From NCBI RefSeq assembly GCF_001194135.2, contig NC_068981.1, positions 154,732,098 to 154,796,097 of the forward strand: a stretch of 64,000 bases of DNA, read 5' to 3'. The notes under the pieces are model-generated. The model had not been told where the DNA came from. It did no database searches and worked only from the letters and a program-made list of their open reading frames with translations. Both the position numbers and the translations under genes were made by a program. Shown here piece after piece: positions 12,590-26,023 of this stretch (its first letter is position 1; each line of letters begins with the position of its first letter). The DNA is from Octopus bimaculoides. Lineage: Eukaryota.

Positions 12590-13189
12590 GCACCTGATAT
12601 TCCAAAGTTAACCTTAACAGAATCTGAACTTAAAATGTAAAGAGCTTAAAGAAATGCCATTAAGCATTTTGTCCAACATGCTAATGATTCTGCTAGCTCA
12701 CTGCCTTTATATAACAACAACAACAACAACAACAACAGTAATAATAATGGTTTCAAATTTTGGCACAAGGCCAGCAATTTCAGGGAAGGGGTTAAGTTGA
12801 TTATATTGACCCCACTGCTCAACTAGTACTTATTTTATCAATTCTGAAAGGATGAAAGGCAAAGTTGGCCTCGGCAGAATTCAAACTTAAAGTATAAAGA
12901 TGGGTGAAATTTTGTTAAGCATTTTGTTCAGCGTACCAACAATTCTGCCAACTTGCTGCCTTAATAATGATAATCCTTCTCACTAAAGGCACAAGGCCTG
13001 AAATTTTGGGGGAGGGGAATAGTCAATTACATCGACCCAGTGTTTCACTGGTGCTTATTTTATTGACCCCAAAAGGATGAAAGGCAAAGTTGACTTTGAT
13101 GGAATTTGAACTCAGAACATAAGGACGGACGAAATGCCACTAAACATTTTGCCTGGTGTGCTAATGATTCTGCCAGCTCACTGCTTTAC

Positions 13190-13190
<1 letters not shown>
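12590..13190 (-). mobile_element. Array of three family B SINEs separated by (AAT/AAC)n
   Basis: Same unit as 48688-49968. Single copies also occur near 11750-11920(+), 14945-15165(-), 28690-28890(+) and 37585-37750(-). Confidence 0.88.
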
Positions 13191-13223
<33 letters not shown>

Positions 13224-13244
13224 NNNNNNNNNNCACTGCTTTAC

Positions 13245-13318
<74 letters not shown>

Positions 13319-13651
13319 TGATAACAGTATACATGGTAAAGAGGGTTGGACGAATGATATCAAATTAATGAAAGAATAAATATATCCATGTGTGTGAACC
13401 TTCCAACTGTTAGAAAGGCACAGCACAAGCATTCTTATTTCTTACAGGCACAGAAGTCAAACAAAAACCAACAAAATTACCATAAAATGTCTTCAACTTG
13501 GAAAATAAAGAGGTGGATCAAATACTGTAAGGAATTTTGCCCAATAATTCTAAAGATTCTACCAATCCACCATTTTGAATTACAATAATGGTCTGTCCAC
13601 ATTACTCTGTAAGGATCATAGGGCTGGTTTCTCTGGTGTGTGTATCATCAC

Positions 13652-13682
<31 letters not shown>

Positions 13683-14139
13683 GTTTAATGTCCGCTTTGA
13701 CTGAGGACTGGCGAACCAGATGGCTGCACCAGGCTCCAATCTGATCTAGCAGAGTTTCTACAGCTGGATGCCCTTCCTAACACCAACCACTCCGAGAGTG
13801 TAGTGGGTGCTTTTACGTGCCAGCAGCACGAGGGTCAGTCAGGCAGTACTGGCAACAGCCACACTCAAATGATGTTTTTTACATGCCACCTGCACAGGAG
13901 CCAGTCCAGCGGCACTGGCAATGACCTCACTCAAATGTATATNNNNNNNNNNNNNNNNNNNNNNNNNNNNNNNNNNNNNNNNNNNNNNNNNNNNNNNNNN
14001 NNNNNNNNNNNNNNNNNNNNNNNNNNNNNNNNNNNNNNNNNNNNNNNNNNNNNNNNNNNNNNNNNNNNNNNNNNNNNNNNNNNNNNNNNNNNNNNNNNNN
14101 NNNNNNNNNNNNNNNNNNNNNNNNNNNNNNNNNNNNNNN

Positions 14140-14180
<41 letters not shown>

Positions 14181-15199
14181 TCCCACTGGATGGGATGTTG
14201 GTCTACCATCACAGGATTACTCATGTTTACCAACTGAGTGGACTGGAGTAATGCAAAATGAAGTGTTTTTGCCAAAGAACATGACACATCACTCAATCTA
14301 GGAATTGAAACCACAATCTTACAACCATGAGTCTAACACCCTCACCACTAAGCCATGTGCCTTCACACAGACTAATAATAGCAATATTTAGAGTAATAAT
14401 ACCAATAATTATCCAGTATATGCATAAGAATAAATATCCTACTAAATAAATATTGTCCTGTAATTCTAATGCTGCTTTGCTTGTATCCATATTTGATATA
14501 ATACCTCATTACATTCATCACAGCAGTGCATATCAATGCTGAATTTATATTTCTAATGAGGTAATTAACACAAATTAAGGCTATAAATATTAAAATAAAA
14601 ATGATATGTGGTGAATGAAAATCAATTCACAAGCTTTATTATGCATATGAAACTAAAATAAAAATTTAATATGCCTTTAAAATACAACTAAACGCTAAAT
14701 CTTGAGGATTTCAAACACTAAATGTCATTAAAATCCTGCACAATCACATTATTCTTCATCTTCAGTTCTGAATAAACCTTTATAATTGAAAGGATGAATA
14801 ATGATATCATACAGATCTTCATTATCATTGTTGTCTCTTATTATAGGTTGTATGACATCTGCTGCTTCTTCATCATGACCTTATATATTTGTCTTCTGTT
14901 CCAAGCAAGGGATTAAATTCCACACTTCTTGAATGATTTGATAATAATCCTCTTTACTATAGGAACAAGGCCTGAAATTTGGATGTAGGAGGCTAGTTAA
15001 TTATACTGACTTCAGTGCTTGACTGGTAGTTATTTTATTGACCCCAAAAGCATGAAAGGCAAAGATGGCTTCAGCAGAATTTGAACTCAGAACATAAAAT
15101 GGGTGAAGTGCTGTTAAGCATTTTGCCCAGTGTGTTAACAATTCAGCCAGCTTGTCACCTTATGAATGATTTGGTAATAATGTCAGCTTTTATTTTCTT

Positions 15200-16215
15200 C
15201 ATCTTTCATGTGATCTTTCTTCATGTATCCAGTTACTTGATTTTATCCTCATCATGTCCTTAAATAGCTTTATGATATAAACATTTAATGGTTGCAAAAC
15301 ACAAGTCTTCCAGGAATTACCGTTATGTCATTGCTTTTTGATCAGACATTATCAACAATGACTTCACTAGCCATGACCAAAACTGATCCCAGAAGAGCAA
15401 ACACTTTCCCTTCTGTTGTTCAACAGGCTGTAAATACCAAAACTCCTTTTAGCCATTTTCTACATCTATCTTTATTTATCCAACCACATGGCTGTACATT
15501 ACAACTCCTTGTGGAAACTCCTCTTTGGCATAGATTTTCTTTTAAAATCAATCAATGTTTTTAATTTATAGTACCATCTGCTAAACAAGAAAAAGTTTGA
15601 AACAAACATGCTTTCCTCATGAGTGGTAGCTTTTGCCAGTACCATTTTCTCTCTCTCTCTCTCTCTCTCTGTGCTATTCAGTTCACAATTTATTTCTCTG
15701 ACATGTCAAGATTAAGAAGTGTTTCATCCATTTTCCAATACAAGACAGCTTGTAGTCTATTTTCTGCCAATTTCTTTTTGCAAATAAGTGAAATGTTAGT
15801 ATCTTATCATTCAGGTCAGAAGGCAGTTTTTGTGAAATCTTTGTTCTCTATTAAAGTGCTTAATCATACTGACTCATGAGCCTTGTGCACCATCCAACAC
15901 TTTCCTTTAAATTCAAAATTCTATCCGGATTTTATTCTATTTGCACATACATTTGGATGGCTCCATGGGCTACACAAATTGTAGCTTAACTCTTTTTAAG
16001 TACCAACATAACTTCCTTCTTCAATAGTGGCAGCTTGTAGGGGTCACCTCTATTAGAACACTATTTTATTACATTATCTGAAGTTGAATATCTTTCTCCA
16101 ATCTCTTGCAAGTTTATCAAAAACATGAAAGTCTTCTTTTTTTTTTTTTTGCTGCACTGTTATATATCTTCTCTGCAATTTCAATAAGTTCTTATTTGAA
16201 TACTGCTCTAAATTT
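15200..16215 (-). mobile_element. Decayed pogo-family transposase (POGK-like architecture: Brinker-type DBD, CENP-B HTH, DDE_1)
   Basis: Frameshifted pieces in order: AVFK*ELIEIAEK..NSAA; SVGWCTRLM...RTKISQKLPSDLNDKILTF; MDETLLNLDM; SCLADGT; FKRKSMPK..FPQGVV; GWINKDRCRKWL; CLLFWDQF; VIPG; LQPLNVYIIKLFKDMMR. Invisible in the ORF track. TIRs not found. Confidence 0.82.
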
Positions 16216-17159
16216 ATTTTTTCTGGGAGGAATTTTCTCACAAGAAAAAAAAAAACTATTCATCCCAAGCTATGCAAATGTATTCCACAAGATCTACATG
16301 GAAACTAACATCAGCTGTTCTACCAAGTGAGATTCTAATCCAACTTTTATAAAGTTCACTATTTCTATCACCTGTAGAAATAGTGAACAGTAATACAGGT
16401 AATTGTGATATTATTACATTGATAGGTATTGCCTTTCATTGCTTATCTGACAACATTGGCTATGCTGCTTCACAGATGTGTTTACATCTATGAATTGTAG
16501 ACTGATGAATCAATGTATTCTGGTAAGTACCATGCATTCAGAAATACAGCATTTACAGTGAATTATATTGGTGAATGCATATGGTTTAGTTTATATAACA
16601 AATTATGCTATAATGTACTTTGTATCTGATTAATTATACAACAGTCAATGTAGTGCTTTTTTGATAATGAACTTGAGAAGTTCATTACCTAATATTTATG
16701 TAAATTATGTATCAAGGTGTGTAATAATAAAGAAAAAAATCATTTACTTCACATAAATCGCTGTACTTCAGCAGTAAATGTTGATCTATTACCTGTAAAA
16801 AGGATAGGGTTGACTCTGACAGGAGATTCATGGAAAATTTCATATTTCTATCTTCAAAATAGGGGTCAACTTCTACACAAAATCAACTTTTATTTAAGTA
16901 TCTATGATACTTATTTCAAAAAGAATTCTATTTTTTCAACATTTATAATTTGCTCAGCAACATAACCACCATTTTCAATCATTATTTTTCAATTCAAGCA
17001 GGATATCTGGCAACGGTGCTATCATCCACACTTGCATTTTCCCCAACAACCCTAACATTATAGATTCAGATCATTTTCTAAACCTGTTACACCATTCTGA
17101 ACTTTAAGAAAATGTTTCTCTTCCAATTTCCTTTCCTTCTTTGTTTTATCTATTTAATT

Positions 17160-17506
17160 ATTATTTTGACAGCTGCAAACAGACTAACAGACTTCTTGAT
17201 AGCCATTTGACTAAAAGGAATGCATTTTTAATTACAATCTTTGATCCAAATTGACAAAAGTCATTCCATTTCCATGATTGCAGTTTCTTGCTGTTCAGAA
17301 ATTTAATGATGAAGCTTTGCTTTCTGAATAATATGACACACTGTTGATTCACTGATTGTATGGTCTTCACCTATTTTAGCCATTATAGCACCACTTTTAT
17401 GCCTGTTAATTATGGCTAATCTTTCTTCCAACTCCATAACTTGCTTCTTAGCACTGTCACCACTCATGATAGTAGTACTCACTTGTTTAGAGCTTGTGTA
17501 TGGCAA
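17160..17506 (-). mobile_element. Tigger/pogo transposase N-terminal remnant
   Basis: KKQVMELEERLAIINRHKSGAIMAKIGEDHTISESTVCHI (psq-type HTH), then MEME*LLSIWIKDCN*KCIPFSQMAIK (CENP-B HTH). Confidence 0.8.
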
Positions 17507-17567
17507 TAAACTGAGGCTTTAGAAACAAGTAAACCTCCAATTAACCTGGCTTCGAACAACACCAAAT

Positions 17568-17610
<43 letters not shown>

Positions 17611-18025
17611 GTACATAGATATAACAGAAAACAATTTGACAAAGATCATGTCTAAAACAATGAATCAGAGCAATACATTCAACAGCAGCTGAAAGAAAAG
17701 CAATAAAACAGAAGTGAAATTTGTACAGTATTATTTATCATTTCTCAGACATACTGTACGCTACAGTAAATCAATTCTTATATGCAGTATTTGAGTTTTG
17801 ATGGCAAACTACCAATAACATAAACTTGACAACTGCAGTATTTGAACAGTAATTGGGGTATTTCTATTCATTTTACCATATTAGTATGGCCAGGAAGATT
17901 TTGAGTCAGAGTTGTTTTTACTTCTAACTGTAGCAAACAGGGTTATACAATGCTTGGCAAAATCTGAACTTAGACCAGTTCAGTTCTTTAACTGACACAT
18001 TATAATCCCCAGCCACACACACACA

Positions 18026-18088
<63 letters not shown>

Positions 18089-18384
18089 CTGCATTCATGC
18101 TGTCTGTTTGTTCATTTGCTCTTTTTATTTAAGATCCTTTCTCCATGCCAGCATGGCTTTGATGTAAGGTTTTGAGGCAGGGTTTTTTAATGGCCAGATG
18201 CACTCCCACTTCCTGTTGCTAACACTTACCTGCTTTTCAAATAAGGAATTTTTATTGCAACATGTAGATAGTGGACAAAGTTGATGATAGAAATTGTCAA
18301 CAAACTTCACAGATTGCAACTCAAACACAAGCAATAAAGTCAATGTTTACATCTGTAACTCAGCATAATTTTGTAAACATTCAT

Positions 18385-18421
<37 letters not shown>

Positions 18422-18679
18422 AAACCATTCGACTATATCTTTTATCATTATCTTTTATCTTTTGTTTTAGTCATTAAATTGTGGCTATACTGGGGCACTG
18501 CTTTGAAGAACTTTAGTCAAACAAATCAATCTCAGTAATAATTTATTTTTTCAAGGCTGGTACTTATTCTACTAGTCTCTTTTGCTGAACTGTTAAGTTA
18601 TAGAGATGTAAGCACACCAGTACCAGCTGTCAAGTGATGGTGGGGGACAAGCACACACACACACACATATTTACATATA

Positions 18680-18842
18680 GGCGCAGGAGTGGCTGTGTGG
18701 TAAGTAGCTTGCTTACCAACCACATGGTTCTGGGTTCAGTCCCACTGCATGGCACTTTGGGCAAGTGTCTTCTACTATAGCCTCAGGGCAACCAAAGCCT
18801 TGCAAGTGGATCTGGTAGACAGAAACTGAAAGAAGCCCATCA

Positions 18843-18919
<77 letters not shown>

Positions 18920-19120
18920 ATGTGTGTGAGTTTGTGTGTATGTCTGTGTTTGTCCCCCCCAACATCACTTGACAACTGATGCTGGTTCAGCAAAAGAGAC
19001 CAATAGAATAAGTACAAGGCTTACAAAGAGTAAGTAGTGGGGTTGGTTTGCTCAACTAAAGGTGGTGCTCCAGCATGGCCGCAGTCAAATGACTGAAATA
19101 AGTAAAAGAGTAAAAGAATA
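18680..19120 (+). mobile_element. SINE family A, near full-length copy
   Basis: ggcgcaggagtggctgtgtggtaag head, CORE-like region, (TG)n and tail as in 565-996. Confidence 0.85.
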
Positions 19121-19939
19121 AATAAATATATACGATGGGCTTCTTTCAGTTTCTGCTTACCAGTCCACTCAAAAGGCTTTTGTTGGTCTGAGGCTGTAGT
19201 AGTAGATACTTGTACAAGGTACTACACAGTGGAACTGAAACTAGAACCATGTGATTGGGAAGCAAACTTTTTACCACACCCACACTTGTGCCTATATATA
19301 TATATATATCATCATCATCATCATTTAACGTCCGTTTTCCATGCTGGCATGGGTTGGACAGTTTCACTGAGAACTGGTATGCTGGGGAGCTGTACCAGGT
19401 TCCAATCTGATGTGGCATGGTATCTATGGCTGGATGCCCTTCCTAACACCAACCACTCCAAGATTGTAATGGGTGCTTTTTACGTGCCATCAGCCACAAT
19501 CCAACCCTTACTTGGCTTGACAGGTCTTCTCAAGCACAGTATATTGCCAAAGGTCTCTATCACTTGTCACTGCATCTGTGTTCAAATGGAGTTTTTTTAT
19601 GTGCCAGTTATGCAACACTAGCATCATCCACAACTACAATTTCACTTGATCATGGCTGATGCCAGTGTCATGTAACAACGTGACATATATATATGTGTGT
19701 GTGTGTGTGTGTGTATACACACACACACACAAAGGGAAAGAGAGAAAAAGAAAGAAATTGCTTTACACTTGATTTAGACCTGATGCTATACATTAACACC
19801 AAACACAGTGTCCATATCAAATGTACTTGAACTCTTTTTGCATTTTACTTAATACAGATTTCAGAAATAGACTTTCATACTTAAAAGAGAAAAGTAAAAA
19901 TGAATTAAAAAAAAACGTTAAACCAAGTAAGCAACGTAC

Positions 19940-20051
19940 AGTGTAAGAGTCTTGCCAGTTCTGCATAGTCTCCAGTTATGGCAGCTGTGTGAAGAGCATT
20001 GGGGGAACACACTAGCATAGTATTCTGGCCAGGTACCAAATTTCTTTCCAT
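19940..20051 (-). CDS. Probable first coding exon of an ankyrin-repeat protein, inversin-like N-terminus (exon 19940-20057, ATG at 20051)
   Basis: Acceptor gattttacttctttcAG at 20058-20059 and donor GTACGT at 19939-19934. Translation MERNLVPGQNTMLVCSPNALHTAAITGDYAELARLLH plus 1 nt (phase 1). LHTAAITGDYAELARLL is an ankyrin helix-turn-helix and aligns with the human inversin N-terminus as I recall it (HAAAVNGDKGALQRLIV). No further exon was recognised, so identity rests on 37 aa. Confidence 0.62.
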
Positions 20052-21773
20052 TGGTTGCTGAAAGAAGTAAAATCAATATTGAATATAATTTCATTAAGAA
20101 ACTTCAATAAACATTATAAATAGCTCTATGTGTCTATCCTGTTTTACTATATTTGAGTATCAATTCTTTACTTCATACTTTAAAGATTATAGCTGATTAC
20201 GTTCTATGGCTGTCAAGTAAATCTGACAATATAGGTGCTGCTCTACAATAACCATATGAGTAGCTTCAATTTCAATTACTTACCATTTTATTTGCCTCAA
20301 GCTTCAGTTCAAGTACAATAACAAAACAGTATCCCCACCACACTTCCTTGTTTACTGTTTTACATTCATTGAATCAATAAATTACTTTAGGATACAACCT
20401 TAAAACTAATATACATTTTTTTTTCACTACATAGTTCACTGATGAATAAGTAACACTATTCATCCTCATTCATGTATTTTACATAAACTTTAGAATTCCG
20501 TAAAGTTATGGCCATCTTCAAATGTGGATTTATAAACATAACAACATGGAAAAAGTAAAAAGATGGAAATAGGTTAACACAAGAGAAACTGTATAACCAA
20601 TTTTTTATTGAATATATTTACATTTTAATTATGACTCTGTTGTCGAGATTAATAATGTTTATGCTATGTTCTTTCCTAAACAATAGTTTGAATAGACTAA
20701 CAAATATTAAATTCAATTTTTAGCTTGGAAATAAAAGACTTTATATTATCTTTTTTAATTGAATGAATATTTCAATCTTCACAGCTGAGGGTTGGAGGTG
20801 TCCTAGACACAATCCATTCATTGTGGCTTCAGTATCTCTTCAGGATGGAGAAGAGTTGGTTGGCCTCAGGCATTTGTAGACAGTAAGGGTCTATGCTTGG
20901 AGTTGTCTTTTCCTTAGTCTGACGACCTTCCGAGGCTACTAAGCTCAGACTATCTGTTCAGTTATAACCACCAGTGTGCCTGTGGATGCAGTATTGCCTT
21001 CTTCTAGTGACATGCTTTAACAAAAGCTAAGGGGCACCTCACTCTCAGTGGTCTACAGCATGCCACAATCCAACCCAGAATTTCTAAATCATGGTTCTAT
21101 TGCTAGATAGTCATTGACACTACTTTGGATTTGTCTGTCCCTTTGACAGGTATTACTTTTGTCCGGCTGGATTGCTTGCAATCCATCAATCTAATCATGC
21201 AACAGGTTTGTACTAGACTATATACTACTTGTAATACATCGTTATCGTAACTCTGTTGTTAAGGCTATTAATTACTATCATCGTCATCATCATTTTAATG
21301 TCGGCATTTTGCAAGTTTACATGGGTCAGACAGAATTTGTTGAGTCAGATTTTCTGCAGTTGGATGCTCTTTGTGTCATCAATCCTCATCTGCTTCCTAA
21401 ATAAGGTAATATTTCCCCATGACCAGACAAGTTTTTCACAGAAGACTGGAGACAAAGGACACCACTATTTCATAGTGACACTCATTTACAACTATTATGT
21501 GATGTCAGGACAAGGAGATACCAACTCTCTCTTACACACATAAAAATGGAGGGCTTCTTTCAGTTACTATCTACCAAATCTACTCTCATGACCTTGGCTC
21601 ACCTAGGACTATAGTTGAAGGCACTTGCCTAAGATGCCATACAGTGGAACTGAACCTGGAACAAAGTGATTGAGAAGCAAGCTTCTTAACGACATATCCA
21701 TAACTGTTCCTCAATGTGTGCATGTGCAAGCATGTGTGTGCATGTGCAAGCATGTGTGTGCATGCTTATTTGT

Positions 21774-21819
<46 letters not shown>

Positions 21820-22054
21820 GCACACACGCACACACACACACACACACACTCACTCACACACACACACACACACACACAACGATTATATTATATTCTTTCT
21901 CGAAACAATACTTTGAATATTCTAATAACAAATATTGAATTTAATTTATAGGTTTGAAATGATGGATTTATTTTATTTTCTTTAATTAATATCAATATTT
22001 ATTATGTGCTTTTTTTTCTATTTGTTCACTTATATATATTTTCCCTATATTAAC

Positions 22055-22224
22055 AGGTGCAGGTGTGGCTATGTGGTTAGAAGTATGCTTCCCAGCCAAA
22101 TGGCTCCGGGTTCAAGATTCAGTCCCAATATATGGCACTTTGGGATAGTGTCTCCTACTATAGCCTCAGGCTGACCAAAGCCTTGTGACTGGATTTAGTA
22201 GATGGAAACTTAAAGAAGCCTGTT

Positions 22225-22292
<68 letters not shown>

Positions 22293-22293
22293 A

Positions 22294-22328
<35 letters not shown>

Positions 22329-22520
22329 TTATCTCCTACCACCACTTGACAACTGGAGCTAGCATGTTTACAACCCTGTAACTTAGTGGTTCAGCAAAAG
22401 ACCAACAGAATAAGTATCAGGCTTAAAAAAGTTCTGGGGTTGATTTGTTTGGCTAAAATCCTTCATGGTGGTGCCCCAGCATGGTAGTAGTCTAATGACT
22501 GAAACAAATAAAAGATTAAA
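22055..22520 (+). mobile_element. SINE family A, near full-length copy
   Basis: Same head, body, (TG)n and tail as 565-996. Confidence 0.85.
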
Positions 22521-23576
22521 GAAAAAAAGATAATACACACAAGTACAAGCATAAACTTGTGATTAAAGAAGTTCATCTCAGAAGCACATGATTCCGAGCT
22601 CAATCCCGCTGCATGACACATTGAGCAAGTGTCTCCTACTGTAGAGAGTGTAGTGGGTGCCTTTTATGTGCCACGAGCACAGGAGCCAGGCAGGTGGCCC
22701 TAGCATTGATCATGTTCAGATAGTGCTTTTTACATGCCACTGGTATGGGAGCCAGTCAGGGAACACTGGCATTACCTTCCTAACCGCTCCTACTAACAGC
22801 ATTACCCAGTTATATTTCTTTCAGACATTTCACTCTGCATATAATGACTGCAGACATGGCTATGTGGTTAAAAGGTTTACCAGAAAACATTATTGTCTCA
22901 GGTTCAATTTCACTATATGGCACACTAAGTAAATATCTTTGATTAAAGCCTTGGATCAACCAATGTCTCATGGGAAACATTTGGTAGAAGAAAACTGCAG
23001 AAACAATTATATGTATAACTGCATATATGTTCGCATCACAGTCAATGTGTCAGTTGATTTTCAAACTTGACACTCTGCTGAATTCCAGAATAAGTAGGAA
23101 ATGGCAAACCCCCACATTAAAATCCATGTGAACTAAAAATAGATCAGTCAATAAGAATAAAGTTAGGTCATCAGTGCACAATTAGAATGATTATAAGCAT
23201 CTTCTCACAGATAGTAATACATTTTAGATGCTGCTTTGAATATTTCTTACAATTTTTTTTCTAATTCAAAAATTGTTTTTCAATATGTAACTCGCCATAT
23301 CCAATCACTTCCAGTGACAAAAGACAATGGCAAAGATTGTTTACAACTGATTACAAAGATTGCTTACAACTGTTTACAATAATTTTCAGCTGATAAGGTA
23401 TTGCAACTTTTAGAAGATTCTAATGAAGTTCAATGAAAATTCAATCAAGTGTATTCAAAAGTTAGTTGAAGATGAAAGAGTTTAAGCTGCAAGTGTTAAT
23501 AAAGCATTTCTAATGAAGGGGCATGGTTCTCAATCAACTAATAATAGTGGTGATGCAATACTGATATCAGATAGAA

Positions 23577-23917
23577 CAGGGGTTCTCAACCATTTTTTAT
23601 TGATTGACCCCTTTGATTACTATGCTATTCTGGTGAACCCCCATAGCCATTCTATGTTTAAAAACTAGTTTTATAGAAACTTCTTTCAAAATACCTATTT
23701 ACCCATTAACTTGTGTAGGTTGAACTAATTAAAATGTTTGAGAAAGAAATGTAGCTGTTTCTTGCAATATATATCAATGCATACACCTAAAGCAAAATTT
23801 TTTCAGGGGCCCTTAAAAGACTATTGTGGATTCCCAATTTACTATTTTGTTGTGTGAACCCCCAAAAGTCTTATATGGACTTTCAGAGGCCATATGGACC
23901 CTGGTTGAGAATCACTG
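23577..23917. mobile_element. hAT (Charlie-like) MITE
   Basis: TIRs CAGGGGTTCTCAACC / GGTTGAGAATCACTG. 8-bp TSD AGATAGAA / AGATAGAC (7/8) with central TA. Confidence 0.85.
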
Positions 23918-24911
23918 AGATAGACAGACAGCCAATTCCAGATAATATTCTGAGTAATTTTCAGTCAACCCCATTTTTTATTTCAGAGAGCTGTGTGGAT
24001 TTGGGTAGCACTAGTTATCTTCCTGAGCACAACGATGATAAGTTTACTTCATACGCTGACATCCATTTTGTAATTTTCAAAACTACAAAATATATGAGAC
24101 ATTAGTCCTCTGTCTTGCCAGCTGTTGTCAAACCAGCCAATCCTGCCAGCATGGAAAATTTACATTAAGAGGTGATGATAATGCTAAAACATTAAAGTTA
24201 GCAAAATTTCAAATTAAATTTTCTTTTCATTCGTTTACTAGAGTTGGGGATAATTATATGGCATCCATTTGCTTTTCAGTTTAATCTTTCTCAAAAACCT
24301 AATGGCTTGAAGAAAATCACCAGCTTTGGCATCATCATCGTAATATATACTTTTTTTTTTTTTTTTTTGCATATACTTTATACAGAATAAATTGCAGGAC
24401 AAGAAATGTTTCTCTCAAAATTGTATTCTTAGAAACAGAAAACTCATATATAAGGGAATTTAATACACCATTTACTCCAAATTTACCCCTGCAGTTATAT
24501 GTCTGATTTAAAACTGGTTTTCTTTGAATATGCTGGACAATAAATTAAAAAAAACAAAAGGTCACATATTAAAATGTTTAGTTTTTAACTTCATAATTCT
24601 CTTTTATTAATGTTTCCACAGGTAAGACGCTTGCTTATACTTTGAATTATTGGTTGACAAATAATGATTAGAAAAAGTCTTTATCAATATTATTTTGACA
24701 TCATCTAAAAACATAGAATAACTATAAGAAAAAAAGCTGATGAAATAACTTAGTAAGTGTGTACAAAATTTCTTTTTACAAAATAGGAAGGAAGCATCTT
24801 AAAAATAAAGGACAAACTATCTGAATTAATCTATTTATGTCTCATTAAATAATCATTAATATAAATGAATTATCGATAATATATTATCAAAAATAACACA
24901 GTTTAAATTAC

Positions 24912-24949
24912 CTGAAATTGTCACATGAGATCATTATTAAGAACAACAG
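24912..24949 (-). other. Candidate 38-nt 5'UTR exon of the ankyrin gene
   Basis: T-rich tract ending ttttatAG, then 38 nt ending CAG, then GTAATT. Spliced to the 20057 exon it puts an in-frame TGA upstream of the MERNL start. Splice signals only. Confidence 0.28.
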
Positions 24950-25971
24950 CTATAAAATACTCTCAAAAAAAAAGTAAATAAAAATAATTTTGCTAATTTG
25001 GTTTTCAGACAGTACTAAAAGATGCATGAGTCTAAAAGTAGATTTTCTTAAATGGCTCTGGAAAGGAAGAAAAAAAAATATTTCTTGAATTCCTAAGAGT
25101 GAAGAAACAGAAAATGGAAACTTTCAGACAGACATAAATAGACAGATTGTTTTAAAAGATTATGAATTGTAACAAAGTTTAAGACCTCAAGAGAGATTTT
25201 CTTACTTTTTATAATTCATAATTGTAGAAAAAAATGAGTCCATATCTGTTAAAACTCATAGCAAGCTAGAATGTTTGCTAATGCTCAACCAAGACAAAGG
25301 AATGTGATAAAATGTGACATACCTAAAATAGATGTGTCATCAGTATCTACTTAGAATTTCCTATTTTTAAACTCTTCTATATGGAGGGCATCTAAATACC
25401 ATAATAACTTTTAAGAATCTTATAGCACACTGACATTACGGCAATTGTTATATTATTTAATGCATTTACCAGCATTGACCACTTAAGATTTAAATCATCT
25501 TCCCAAAACCTTCAATTGTATTTTGTGGAGAAGTGTTCAATACTTTTGTGGACTTGATAACAAAAATTTTCTCATAAACTTTGAGTAAGTTTTCTGAATT
25601 GTGAATATCTATTAAAGCTAAAGAAGATTACTGAAAAATTCAATTGTGAATTATTTGTAGCAAAAGAAAATATTAAGTCCCATTCTCAGATCATATGAAT
25701 GGCTTCCCATTTCAAGAATCTTTACAATGATTAAAATAATGAGTTCAAGTACTATCACTTAGAAACTGCTTCCAGACAACAAAACAACAGAAATACTGTA
25801 TCAATAGGATTGGTGTTAGGTGTCAAACTTTACATGTAGTTAGTATTGCTGGGTTCAAATTTTCCTATAAACTACAGATGGAAATAATTTGAATTACAGG
25901 TGAGATTTATAGGCTCTAGGTACTTGGCAAATTGAATACACAACAGAGATCCTCAGGGGTTAGATTTCATT

Positions 25972-26023
<52 letters not shown>

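Noticed and set aside
24605-24670. Plus-strand CAG|GTAAGA juxtaposition (recursive-splice-like) followed by GKTLAY (DEAD-box-like)
   Set aside because: There is no supported plus-strand gene, and the frame stops after 16 codons without a donor. Likely chance.
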